The notes below the pieces were generated by a model. It searched no databases, was not told the DNA's origin, and saw nothing but the letters and a program-made list of their open reading frames with translations. A program made the position numbers and the translations under genes. A stretch of 64,000 bases of DNA from Squalus acanthias (lineage: Eukaryota), in NCBI GenBank assembly GCA_030390025.1, contig CM059432.1, positions 118,980,001-119,044,000 on the forward strand. Direction: 5' to 3'. Positions 1-10,406 of this stretch are shown here, one piece after another; positions within the stretch are counted from its first letter, which is position 1, and the number at the start of each line of letters is the position of its first letter.

Positions 1-899
1 CTCTGTTGGATAATAGTTACAAAGAAGTAGATGTGAGTGAAACAGTGGCAAAATATTGGCAGCAAGTGCTGGCAGACAGTTCATCTGTGTTTATCAGTGA
101 TCTGAGGAATTATCTCTCCAAAGATCGATTAATAAATGTGAGCAGAAATTTTGGAGTGGAACGTTTTCTGCTTGTTAAAGCCTTATTAAGGTCATTAATG
201 AGGAACTCATGTAATTTTCCACAGCTCTCCACTAACAAATTGAAAATGAGTTTCAGTTAGTGGGGTAGACATTCACCTTGGGGGTTCAATAGAATTGAAT
301 ATCGGATAGGGCATATAACAGGCCATACCGCCTGTTTTTTGTGGCCACCCGAGATGAATTTCTACTCCAGAGAGCTTGAAGAACAGGAAGATTTTGAAGT
401 ATCCCACATCTGTCACAAAAGACAATAGCACGAGCCCAAATAGAAATGGAAGAGGGAAATTTGAAACACCCTAAATGAAGTTCAGTTCATGTGAGGGACT
501 AGAGTGAAAGAGAAAGGAGCCTCCGGAACTCTTATTTCTAGTTTTGATTAGTCTTCATAGTCAGTGCGGAGTAGTTCTCAACTCATGTTAGTTCGGCTCA
601 AGTACTGGGATGTTACCAGTAGGGCTCGAAAATGTTGCAAGGCAGCAGTTTGGCTCAGACTGGGTGAGTATTTACCCTACATATTGTGGGGGAGGGGAGA
701 GCAAGGTAAAAGTGAACATTTGAAGGTCAGAGCAAAAGGCAAGGAAATGCAAATCAGTGCTGCTGTAATAAAGGAATATTAATCAGATTATTCAGCAAAT
801 ATACATAGATTCAGATGCAACTACCTCATGCCGTGTTTATTGGTATCTTTGGCAGCTTTTATTTTCATTTACCAGATGCCCTTTATACCCTCAGACTTC

Positions 900-1950
900 A
901 CAAGATCACAAGATGATTATGGACAAGGAAAGCCATTTGCCTCTTTTTAGTTTATATATCTAGAAAGACCATTGTGGTTTTCAAATGTTTGTTAAACTAA
1001 TCCAGGGTAATCACCTGCACTGCTCTATCTGGAAGTCCATTCTATGTACTGATCATTCTTTGTGTCAAGAAGAATTTCCTAATATCAGTCCTAAATCAGC
1101 CCTTAATTTGCCTTTCACTAGTTTGCCTGTCCTACTATCGCAATTTAGCTTTAAGTAATTTTCTGAATTGACCTTCTTCATGCCGTTAACGATCTGATAT
1201 GCCTCAATAAGATTACCTCATTGCCACAACCTTTCCAGGCTGAAAAGCCTAAGTTTCTCAAATCTATTCGCATAATTCAGTCCTCTAATATGAGGGATCA
1301 GCCTGTGCTCTCCTCTGCACTGCCTTCAGTTCTTGAATGTGTCTTGAATACTTTCTGGAGCTTAGAAGAATAAGAGGTGATCTCATGGAAACATATAAGT
1401 TTCGGAAGGGGATTGACAGGGTAGATGCTGAGAGGCTGTTTCCCCTGGCTGGAGTGTTCAGGATAAGGGGTCAGCCATTTAAGACTGAGATGAGGAGGAA
1501 TTTCTTCACTCAGAGGGTTGTGAATCTTTCGAATTCTCTGCCCCAGAGCGCTGTGGATGCTGAATCGTTGATTATGTTCAAGGCTGAGATTGATAGATTT
1601 TTGGACTCTAGGGGAATCAAGGGATATGGGGATCGGGTGGGAAAGTGGAGTTGAGGTCGAAGCTCCCCACGATCTTATTGAATGGTGTAGCAGGCTCGAA
1701 GGGCCGTATGGCCTACTCCTGCTCCTAATTCTTATGTTCTTATGTGTCCCCTGTGTCTTAGTGATTAGAACTAGACTCTATTATGGTGCGGTCTGACCAG
1801 TGTTTGAGGATGACTTTATCTGGCTGTTTTAGCTACGTAGTTCAACATCCTATTAACTTTGCTGATTGCTGCTTTGCAGTGGTTGACCATGTTGAGTATC
1901 AAGTCTGCTAAGAAGCCTAGATTTTTTTCAACTTTATCATTAACTATTTC
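900..1950 (-). mobile_element. Old CR1 LINE 3' fragment, split by a younger CR1 insertion (1345-1745)
   Basis: ORF 1816-2100(-) contains EKNLGFLADLILNMVNHCKAAISKVNRMLNYVAKT, typical of the CR1 RT C-terminus. The CR1-like sequence continues at about 1000-1335. TGTGTC occurs on both sides of the inner insert. Confidence 0.6.
1345..1745 (+). mobile_element. CR1 LINE 3' end (5'-truncated)
   Basis: LELRRIRGDLMETYK...FKTEMRRNFFTQRVVNL..SLP..AV...FKAEIDRFL matches the CR1 ORF2 end. The 3' UTR ends in (TTCTTATG)n. Similar to the copies at 39410-39790 and 46716-48360. Confidence 0.9.
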
Positions 1951-2329
1951 ATCCTCATGAGCCTGTTTCCAATCTGCGGGTAGCACCTCTCCGCCCCCCC
2001 CCCCCCCCCCCCCCCCCACCGCCCTCCACTGTCCTGTGACTCTCTCATGATGACTGTCAAATTCCTCACAATTCTCCTTCTTTTGTTCTTTTGGGATCAA
2101 TACTAGCTGTCTCTGGGATTTATTTGTTTTGGGCTTGATCTAAGACCTTCATCATATTTATGTCCAACACCCTGGAAGTGTTCCTTCACTCATAGCCTGA
2201 CATGAAACAGTCCCACTAAAAGCCCTACATGAAATCTAATTTCTTGGTGCATGCACCTCTGATCACAATCATTATGCAATGTATGGTGATAGTTTGTTTT
2301 CTGTATCTCACGGCAACCAAAGGTACCTC

Positions 2330-2750
2330 TCTTGGCAAAGGAGAAGATAGCCCATAACAACAGAGAGAGAAAGCAGCAGGTGGTGAACCTCCAATCCTTT
2401 GCCATTTCATCCTGCATGAGGAGGAAGCTCTGCAGAACTTGGGACTGGAGGTCATACAGGGTGTTGGAGAAGAGGAAGTAGGACGGCAGGTGCCAGCTCC
2501 ATATATGCGATGACATTCTGCTTCTCTTCCTCCTCAACCTGCTTTACCCCACATTATCTGTGCGTAAACGATATCATGAAAACCTTGTCACTGCTTCTAC
2601 TGAAGTGACATGTTCCTCGGCAACCCATTCGAACTTTTCTTCCTCGTTTTCAGAAGAGGAAGAACACAAGAATGAGGACCCAGTGCATCTTGCACTGTTG
2701 GTACTTCAGTCTGTCACTCCATCCATCCCAAGAAGCAGTTGAGAGACATC
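2330..2750 (+). pseudogene. Decayed fragment of a Harbinger Myb/SANT accessory gene
   Basis: Reads EKIAHNNRERKAAGGEPPIL....HEEEALQNLG, similar to exon 2 of the Harbinger Myb gene at 23311-23470 (EKIAHNKRERALTGGGTP). Confidence 0.5.
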
Positions 2751-4271
2751 GGGCCAGAATTTGCTGAAAAAATAACGGCGTGTGAATGAAGCACGCTGTT
2801 ATTAATGCGTAACTCGGCCAGCAACTTGTGGTGAGGAAGATATACCCAGTGAATTACCAATCGCCACAAGCTGCTGGATAATTTGTGCTGCTCTGCCGTT
2901 AGCTTCATGAAAAGGGCATCTCAGTATTAACCTCCCCGTGAGTTTCATGAACTTGCTGCTCTTGCACATTAATTGTCCATTAATGGCCCAGAAATTAAAG
3001 ACTGAGTGTTGACGCGGGGGTAAGGCTTCCCCGCGATCTCTCACTCCGCGTTGGCTTTTTCAGATCCAGCTCGCACGAACTTGATGTTCTAGAGATCAGC
3101 TGGGCAGTGCTTGCGTATCCCACCGGCGTAGTGAATTCGTGCGAGCTGTGGGATCACGTGACTCAGTTAGAGCCAATGGCAGCACACCATCTTCCATTCA
3201 TAAGTTTCACATACGTGCTGTGAAAGCTATGAATCTTACACACCCCCAAAATAACAGCTAAACCTCAATTAAATTTTTTTAAAAAACCATCACATTAATA
3301 AAATAAGTATAGTTAAATAAATTAACCATTTTAAATAAAAAATTTAATTTTTGAAAAAATTTAAAATCTTTTAAAAAGTTATAAAAATAAACTTACCTGT
3401 CTTTAAAGTCTCTAAAAAAGATATACCTTTAAAAAAAATTCAAAAAAATACTTAATTCACTACTTACCTTGTTAAAAGTGGGTCTTACTCCTTTTTTCAT
3501 TTCTAAAATCTTTCGTCCTTACCTGCGCGTCCAAAGCACTAAGTGCACAGCGTGCGCGCAGCCTGTAGCGCGCACGCGGTGCACCGAGGAACCGCCCCCT
3601 TTTCCAAAAACCAAGTGCCGGTTTTCAGCGCATGCGCAGTGCATGCAGAAAACCGGCAATTGGTGACAGAATACGCGAGAGTACACAGTGCGTACTCTCG
3701 CGTCGCGGGACTAATTTTTGGGCCAATATCTCCACAGTAAGTTAAATCTAGTAATTAATAGCATAAGTACCCTATTAACGACATGATAATTGCTAATGAC
3801 TGGCAATCAACCTCTTTGGCCCAGAAAGTGAACAAATCAAAGTGTGACATCTCATTCATTCAGCTAGTGAATTATCATTGGAGATTTTAAAAATGTCAAA
3901 TTTTAGATATAATTTTTGTTTTCTTACTTTTTCTTTCTGTCTCTTTTTCTCTCTCTTAATCCAATCTTTCTTTCCCTCTCTTTATTTCTGTTTCTGTACC
4001 TGAGTTGATGTTAAATTCACCCACTCTAATTCACCCTCCTTCTCAGTCCTTCTTCTGTTCATTTCTCAATCCTTAACTCTCATTGGTTAAGGAGATACCC
4101 TGTTGGTCCCATTGTTCACCAAGGTTCCCGATGCCCTGTTGCCCTCGCGCGCCGTTATTAGCTCGCACTTCCAGCAACTTACAGGGCAAAACATTTTGAG
4201 CTGAAGGGTGCAGGAAAAAGTTTAACTAACCAGACACGCCGCGAGATGCCCGCTCCGGTAAATTCCTGCCC
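2751..4271. mobile_element. Non-autonomous Harbinger-like element (MITE) containing a nested insertion
   Basis: Ends GGGCCAGAATTT...AAATTCCTGCCC, flanked by ATC/ATT. Internal sequence is homologous to the uninterrupted copy at 52179-52885. Confidence 0.6.
2985..3724. mobile_element. Harbinger-like MITE nested in the previous element
   Basis: 13-bp TIRs GGCCCAGAAATTA / TAATTTTTGGGCC (1 mismatch) and a 3-bp AAT duplication. AT-rich core with GC-rich subterminal regions. Absent from the homologous copy at 52.2-52.9 kb. Confidence 0.75.
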
Positions 4272-5132
4272 ATTGGTTATGAAGTTCTGTAGAGCTACTG
4301 CTGGTCTCCCATTGTAACATCATTGGGAAACTAGTGGAAGCCCCAGAGAGGCAGCATAACTGGCTGAAGAGTGCCTTACATATAATTTCTCTGGGGTTTC
4401 TGCTGGTTTCTTATTGAAATTATGGCAGCAGACTGTTGTAGCCCTGAGGAATTTCAGGGCCATCCCAGCCTAGGAAATTAGAGTGTGTACCAGGCAGAAG
4501 TGTGCTGAGTGTTGTACAGAGTGGAGAAGTCCATCAGCTGCAAGTATGGTACAACGCTGGAAGACTTGCAGTACAGCAGTCCACTTTGGAACATGTGACG
4601 GCTTCAGGGCCATCTGAAGCAGAGGCCTCTCCATGGTAGAAACCTAAGGGTAGTCTGTGCTTCATCCATGGATGCTCCGACTGCTGCCAGGGATGCCTAG
4701 GATACCAAATTTGGGAGCTCAATTAAGTCTTGGAAGACCTTTGAAGGTATTCTTTCAATGCACTGGTAGCTGCCACTCTGGAAGCCACAAATGTCCTCAG
4801 AAGCTCTTCCTGACATTTTGATGCTCCAGCTGTCAGTCTTCAGGGTGTTCTGCAGATTGTGAGAAAATTCTTGCATTGTGTTGAAGATGCGTCTAACTCA
4901 CTTCAGCCTTTTAATGGCTGCACCAGAACTGCATTTACCACCTTCCTAATGACAGTAAGCTAACGAAAGCAGTCTTCTGGCTTGCAAATCCCCCTGCATG
5001 GCTAATGAGAGTTCTAGGAGGAAGTCAGCGGAAGATTAGCGGCAGATTCACATTGGTGGGTGTGAGGATCACACTGCTGCAAACCTGCCAAGAGGAGGCG
5101 AATCCAGGCCATGATGTCACCATGCAATTACT

Positions 5133-5579
5133 GTGTCAGCTGTCGTTCAGTGGGTAGCACTCTCGCCTCTGAGTCAGAAGGTTGTGGGTTTAGTACAAAA
5201 ATCTAGGCTGACGCTCCAGTGCAGTGCTGAGAGAGTGCTGCACTGTCAGAGATGCCGTCTTTTGGATGAGACATTAAAGCGAGGCCCCTGCTCTCTCAGG
5301 TGAACATAAAAGATCCCATGGCACTATTTCAAAGAAGAGCAGGGGAGTTATCCCCGGTGTCCTGGCAAATATTTATCCCTCAATCAACATAACAAAAACA
5401 GATTATCTGGTCACTATCATATTGCTGTTTGTGGGACCTGGCTGTGCGCAAATTGGCTGCTGCGTTTCCTACATTATAACAGTCACTACACTTCAAAGTA
5501 CTTTGTTGGCTGCAAAACACTTTGAGACGTCCGGTGGTCTTGAAAGATGTTGTATAAATACAAGTCTTTCTTTCTTTCA
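5133..5579 (+). mobile_element. tRNA-derived SINE with Deu-like core and L2-type tail (SacSINE1/AmnSINE-like)
   Basis: tRNA-like head (GGTAGCACTCTCGCCTCTGAGTCAGAAGGTTGTGGGTT), core AAAGATCCCATGGCACTATTTCAAAGAAGAGCAGGGGAGTT, tail TATAAATACAAGT(CTTT)n. Further copies at 34.7, 50.5 and 56.6/60.8 kb. Confidence 0.8.
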
Positions 5580-5680
5580 TTTGAATGCACCACTCAGCAT
5601 TTAATGGGAGACCTGGAAGTGAGAGTGCAAAACTGGGTAGTCACAGGAGTGGGTGGGGATCTCCTGCCTGGATTGTCACC

Positions 5681-7382
5681 TGTAAGGGGTTTCGGCGTGC
5701 TTGTAACGCAGACAGTGCTGGTGCGGGGTTAGGCCTTCGTTGCCTAAGACTATTGCTTGCTCTGGTCTCCGGCCAGCCTTGTTGCAATGAGCACCTGTGA
5801 GTGGGTCGACCCACTCGCCCTTACGGTTCTAACACTGGACTTAGGTGCGAGAGCAGTAATGCAGAGAAAAACTCAAATAGACCTGGTTGAATAGTACGAA
5901 GTGGAAATCTTTATTGCATAGCGTCCAAAATCATGAAGTACATGTCATAGGTGCAAATTAACGAGAGTACAAGTATACATACGTTCATAAAGCTTGGTCT
6001 ATGGTAATGAAGAATGCACGGCACATCGTAAAAAGGGGAACACATTATACTTTATCCTTAATAAAACCACCCTCCCCTATCAATACCTACACTACATCTA
6101 GATTTGTAGGATCGGGAAACATGCTCACCACTCGTGATACTTCGGAGAATTTTAAAGTGAGGCACTCGGCTTGTTTCTCTGCAGCGCCTGACTGTCACGT
6201 GTTTGGAGGGGTCTCTGTACCCCACTTGTTTATCTTCGCTGCTGCGGCAAGCAGGCTGGGCTCCCCGTTGTCATGAAGAACTCGACGGCACTCGGGCCCG
6301 GCTGTAGAACTCAAAGAAAAGTCTTCCTGTACCGACACCAGTTGCCGGTAGAATTCAAAGAAGAGTCTTTGACCGGTTCGTGCAGTAACCTGTAGAGTTC
6401 AAGAAATGGGTCGTATATTTTCGGGCGCGGTCGGGGTTTACTGACCGCGGTGGCACGTGGATTCTTCTTCTTCTCTTGTCATTTCGTCTCGTCTTGTTGA
6501 GCCTTCGGGTCCAAACACCGTTTACCGACTCTCGGGATGGTGCACCCAGTCACTGGCCTTCGTCGGGGCGACTCGTTCCAATTGAGCTCCACCCAACATT
6601 CGAATAACCGTCCAGTGCGGCTAAAAGTCCAGAGGCAACAGAGTCCAGAGAAAACACAGAAGGCTGCTCGTCCAGCAGAGTTCAGCCCGAGTCAAGAGTC
6701 CGCAGAGATAAGCGCACGAATCAAGCGAATAAGAGAGCGATGGACATTTGTTGTCTGTAGTTATAGTGCTGTGTTCCTTTATCTCCCGCCCAAATCTTAA
6801 TGTTTGTCCTTTGTGAAATATTGGCACTCAAAACTCCCAGCATGGGGTGATTCTTGTCTTTAACGGGTTTCGGTAGCACCTGAGACTGGCCAACTACCAG
6901 TTAATGTTTTCCCCATTGTTGGCCCAGCCAGGATCGTATGAATCGTCTCCCTGACTGGTTTTGGGGGTCCCCGAATACTTGTTTAATCACCCGAGAATGG
7001 CTCTCTCATTGTAGAGCCGTGGGGGTATTTGTGTATTGATGTGTCTGGATGGGCCTTCGATTGCCCAGTACAATGAACCTTACTTGTGCATGGAAAACGA
7101 TTCCAGCACTTATATCTTTGCTATTGTTCCAAATGCAAACAGGTTGCATCCTGTCTTTATCAGTGCTTATCGAGTATGATCCCGTCTTATGTTGAAAATG
7201 TTTATTCGAACGCCATCTTGTCTGCCCACTGTACTTCTGGAAGCTTCTGCCACGATGCGCGGCGGCCATTTTACAGGCTTCTGTGTCCTTTATATCATGA
7301 CAGCATTTTGTTTAAATAAACTGATCAAACGAATCTGCTTCTATCTTGTTATTTCGAATCGCGATAATTGCGAAACTTTACA
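5681..7382 (-). repeat. 3' LTR (1702 bp)
   Basis: Direct repeat of 16542-18243 with about 27 substitutions and no indels by manual comparison. TG..CA ends. AATAAA on the minus strand at 5910-5915. Confidence 0.97.
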
Positions 7383-7394
7383 GTCTCTCCTGTT
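7383..7394 (-). promoter_or_regulatory. Putative polypurine tract
   Basis: Minus strand reads AACAGGAGAGAC immediately before the TGTAAAG start of the 3' LTR. Confidence 0.55.
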
Positions 7395-7776
7395 GATGCG
7401 AATAACTCCGCTTATCGTATCAATTAAAAGTGGTGGTGAGCAAAATTATCCCGATTCTCCACATCCAAACACTCCCTTAACTTAAACTATCTATGGCCTC
7501 CATGCCATCCTCATTTCCAGGGAAATTACATTGTTTAAACTTGGACAAATCGTAGGCAGTATTGCCTTTAAACTTACATTGCGTATACGCCTTCCAGGTG
7601 CAACAGGCCGATGCCTCTCGCACCACCTGTATATGCATGGTTTTATTATACAAGGAAAAAATAATCAAAACCACTCTTTAAAAATACAAAGTTCCAAACT
7701 TAGTTACACATACTCATAACTAAATAACAATTACAAAAACACACATGGTAAAATGGAGCGGCGTCATCCTGGCCGT

Positions 7777-10128
7777 TTACGCGGTACTTTCTTCGTTCAC
7801 GCGCACGTAACGTTCTCTCCACTCCCCTGTTTTCTCCTGCTTTGTGAGGCGTTTGCCTCTTTTGCAGTGCACGACCAAAATGTACACTACTATTATAACT
7901 TGGCACACTACTAAAATGTGGGAGGCTATCCTGATCCATGAAGGAACTTCAATATTAGTGAACAGGTCCCACCACGGTGGGATTACTATGTCCAAAATTT
8001 CTGTCCCTATTTCTACAGTCTTTTGTTCCAGGGTGTAAAAATGTTTTTGTGATACCGCGACGGCTTTCAAAAGCTTGGTGAGGTGTTCAGGGAGAGGGGG
8101 AATGATGTACCCGAAATGCGCGACGAATCGCTGCAAGTCGGTGAAATTCTCTTTTACTGTGAGATGAACAGTGGATGGTTCAGGGATCGGGACAATTCGC
8201 TGCTGTGCCACTTGAACTTCAGCCCTGGGTTTAAAACAGAAACTTCTGTCACTCACCGGACACCAGCTGTGGTTTCCATGCTGGTGGTGTTGCGCTGCAG
8301 TGGTAACGCAATATGTTCCACCCCCTATGTATGCCACCTGCGGAGGCACATGATCTTGTGTCATTGCTTCCATGGTGCAATTCATGGGCTTGGCGTCAGC
8401 CTTTCTGAACCCGCATTGTGGTGTTAAAAAGGCATTCAAGTGCTGGGGACACAGTATGATGTGTGCTCCCCGGCCATGACAACCCGATAGGTCGGTACCT
8501 GTCATCGTTTGCTCCCAGCGGATGATGTAAGGTGGGACCGCTGCGTAGCGAATGTGGGCTCCCCCCTGAATGACACCAATGTTCTCGACCCGATACACTG
8601 GGGCGGGCTTTGCTGTGTCGCCCAAAACCGGCATACGTAGTACTATACCCATGATGGTATGGTTTGACCGTCCGCAGTCCACGGGGACTGGGTATGCCTC
8701 TGAGGCTAGCCTGAGCTGGCACGGGCTTAATGCGTTCTGAAAAGGGTGGAGCGCCTGCAGGTGTTTGTTACTTATCCAGGACGGGACCAAACCTTGTTTT
8801 AAATCCTCCAAATTACTGCGGCCCTCGCCCAGTAACCACGCCCCGTATAGTACGCACACCTCGTTCTGCGCAGCTTGATCGGATGCATTCCGATCTTCCC
8901 TAATCAGGGCATTTACCGTTCTCGCATGCTCCTCCAGCTCTGCTATAATCTCCTTTAAGTGTAGTGTCATGGCCTGGTCCTCATGTAACTCAGACCCTAC
9001 TACCTTGTTTTCGCTTGTGAGGATGCTTTTTAATTGTGTTTTTAAACCATTGATCTGGGTCTGCAGCTCCACGTTGTCTAGAGCGTTGACCACAGATGTT
9101 CCTGTATTAAAGGCAGTGAACATATCGTTCACAATACCCCTTCTTTGTCTCCCCACCAGACCCAAAACTTCGTGTGGTGTGGTGTACAAGCTTGTTTTGT
9201 CAATCTCTGCAAAATCAAACTCGTAGAATTGTCTGAACATGTTTGTCAACAGGACCTGGTACAATTGTTCCGTTTCTTTGGGACACCACTCTGGTAAACG
9301 CACCTCGGTGAGATTTAGAATCACCGAGGCCACTGTGTAATGTACCCCCTGAAATAGTATCTGGTCTGTTGGGACCAGTACCAAACCATTCCCGGGCCCC
9401 TTAGTGGTTTTAGGGCACCCTTCCTCCTGAGCCAAAACCACCGGAATCGTGGGCGGAGCCTTGCGTGGGCGCGTGATGAGTTCAGTGGCGTTTACCGGGA
9501 TCGGGGAGAATGGAGCTCCGCACCCCTTTGTGCTGACATCCCACCTCATCCCTTTCCCGTTATCCTGCCACTGGTGTACGAAAAATATGGATATACCCTT
9601 GGGGCAAACGTACTTCGATCCCCACATACAAACATATATTCCCTCATCCGGTTCCCACCATTTGTCCCAACAGACTTTCAATTGTCCGTTAGTCCCCGTA
9701 ATTGTCCGATGGGTATTGTTACCCAATCGCTCCCACTCAACCGAGGAATTTCTCATAGTCTTGCTTAACTTCCGTAACCACCACCATCGGCTCAATGGGA
9801 CCTTCCCATTGCATGTCAAACAAATCCTTTTGCCGACGGTGACGCTGATTCTGGGTGCGATGATCCTCACTCTGGGGCACAGAAAAGAAGTCTCTTTGTA
9901 GGCAAATCCGGATGCGCTGGAGTATTCCGTTGAATTCGTTCCCAGCCATCCCGGCCACCTTCCCTTGTGGAAATAAGTGGCGGTCTCCTCAGCCTTTCGC
10001 TCCCCGGTCCCATCTGTCGTGATGGGGCCCGTGTCCCCGGAGCAACCAAACACAACGACATCCTTGGTGAGGCCCCGATAGGCCAATCCATATCCGATCG
10101 TTGCGAGCACTATCAGAATCCGTTCCAT
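7777..10128 (-). CDS. env: Envelope glycoprotein (783 aa): signal peptide, Ig-like domain, furin site, F-like class I fusion ectodomain, TM, short tail
   Basis: Uninterrupted ORF with an N-terminal hydrophobic signal (MERILIVLATIGYGLA). RQRR|GIVND furin site (9139-9150) is followed by a fusion peptide, heptad repeat and Cys-rich region. TM helix IASHILVVCQVIIVVYILVVHC; YVRV motif in the tail. Good Kozak context AAGATGG. Confidence 0.92.
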   Translation of the reverse strand: MERILIVLATIGYGLAYRGLTKDVVVFGCSGDTGPITTDGTGERKAEETATYFHKGRWPGWLGTNSTEYSSASGFAYKETSFLCPRVRIIAPRISVTVGKRICLTCNGKVPLSRWWWLRKLSKTMRNSSVEWERLGNNTHRTITGTNGQLKVCWDKWWEPDEGIYVCMWGSKYVCPKGISIFFVHQWQDNGKGMRWDVSTKGCGAPFSPIPVNATELITRPRKAPPTIPVVLAQEEGCPKTTKGPGNGLVLVPTDQILFQGVHYTVASVILNLTEVRLPEWCPKETEQLYQVLLTNMFRQFYEFDFAEIDKTSLYTTPHEVLGLVGRQRRGIVNDMFTAFNTGTSVVNALDNVELQTQINGLKTQLKSILTSENKVVGSELHEDQAMTLHLKEIIAELEEHARTVNALIREDRNASDQAAQNEVCVLYGAWLLGEGRSNLEDLKQGLVPSWISNKHLQALHPFQNALSPCQLRLASEAYPVPVDCGRSNHTIMGIVLRMPVLGDTAKPAPVYRVENIGVIQGGAHIRYAAVPPYIIRWEQTMTGTDLSGCHGRGAHIILCPQHLNAFLTPQCGFRKADAKPMNCTMEAMTQDHVPPQVAYIGGGTYCVTTAAQHHQHGNHSWCPVSDRSFCFKPRAEVQVAQQRIVPIPEPSTVHLTVKENFTDLQRFVAHFGYIIPPLPEHLTKLLKAVAVSQKHFYTLEQKTVEIGTEILDIVIPPWWDLFTNIEVPSWIRIASHILVVCQVIIVVYILVVHCKRGKRLTKQEKTGEWRERYVRVNEESTA

Positions 10129-10140
10129 CTTTCCTGGTTC

Positions 10141-10160
10141 CTGTGATCAGATAAAATGAT
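10141..10160 (-). promoter_or_regulatory. Putative env splice acceptor
   Basis: Minus strand reads CATTTTATCTGATCACAG|GAACCAGGAAAGATG, with the acceptor AG 12 nt upstream of the env ATG. Confidence 0.55.
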
Positions 10161-10406
10161 GTAGCCAGCCTCCCAAGAGTCTCTGGCTTTTGTGAAGGGT
10201 GAGCGGGTCCCTTGACCTCGTCTCACATAAAAAGACATGTATGCTGGATAGACTTTAACTATTCCTATCACTAAAACTCTCATCACTTTACCATTTACTT
10301 TTAAAATTAAACTACAAACTTACCAAACTTACAAACTTAAACTTAAACTTATAAACTCATTCTAAACTTAAACTGTACAGCACCGCCCGTTCCCAGGGCG
10401 GCCTAC

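Noticed and set aside
1991..2020. Long poly-C run
   Set aside because: Simple homopolymer; the length may be a sequencing artefact and there is no supporting context.
6301..6412. Repeat-spacer pattern resembling a mini CRISPR array
   Set aside because: Only three degenerate units, inside a eukaryotic LTR, with no cas genes.
6001..7485. Short ORFs within the LTRs (e.g. 6537-6800, 6621-6827, 7006-7269 and their twins at 17.4-18.3 kb) as accessory genes
   Set aside because: They recur only because the LTRs are near-identical. No recognisable motifs, and all are under 100 aa.
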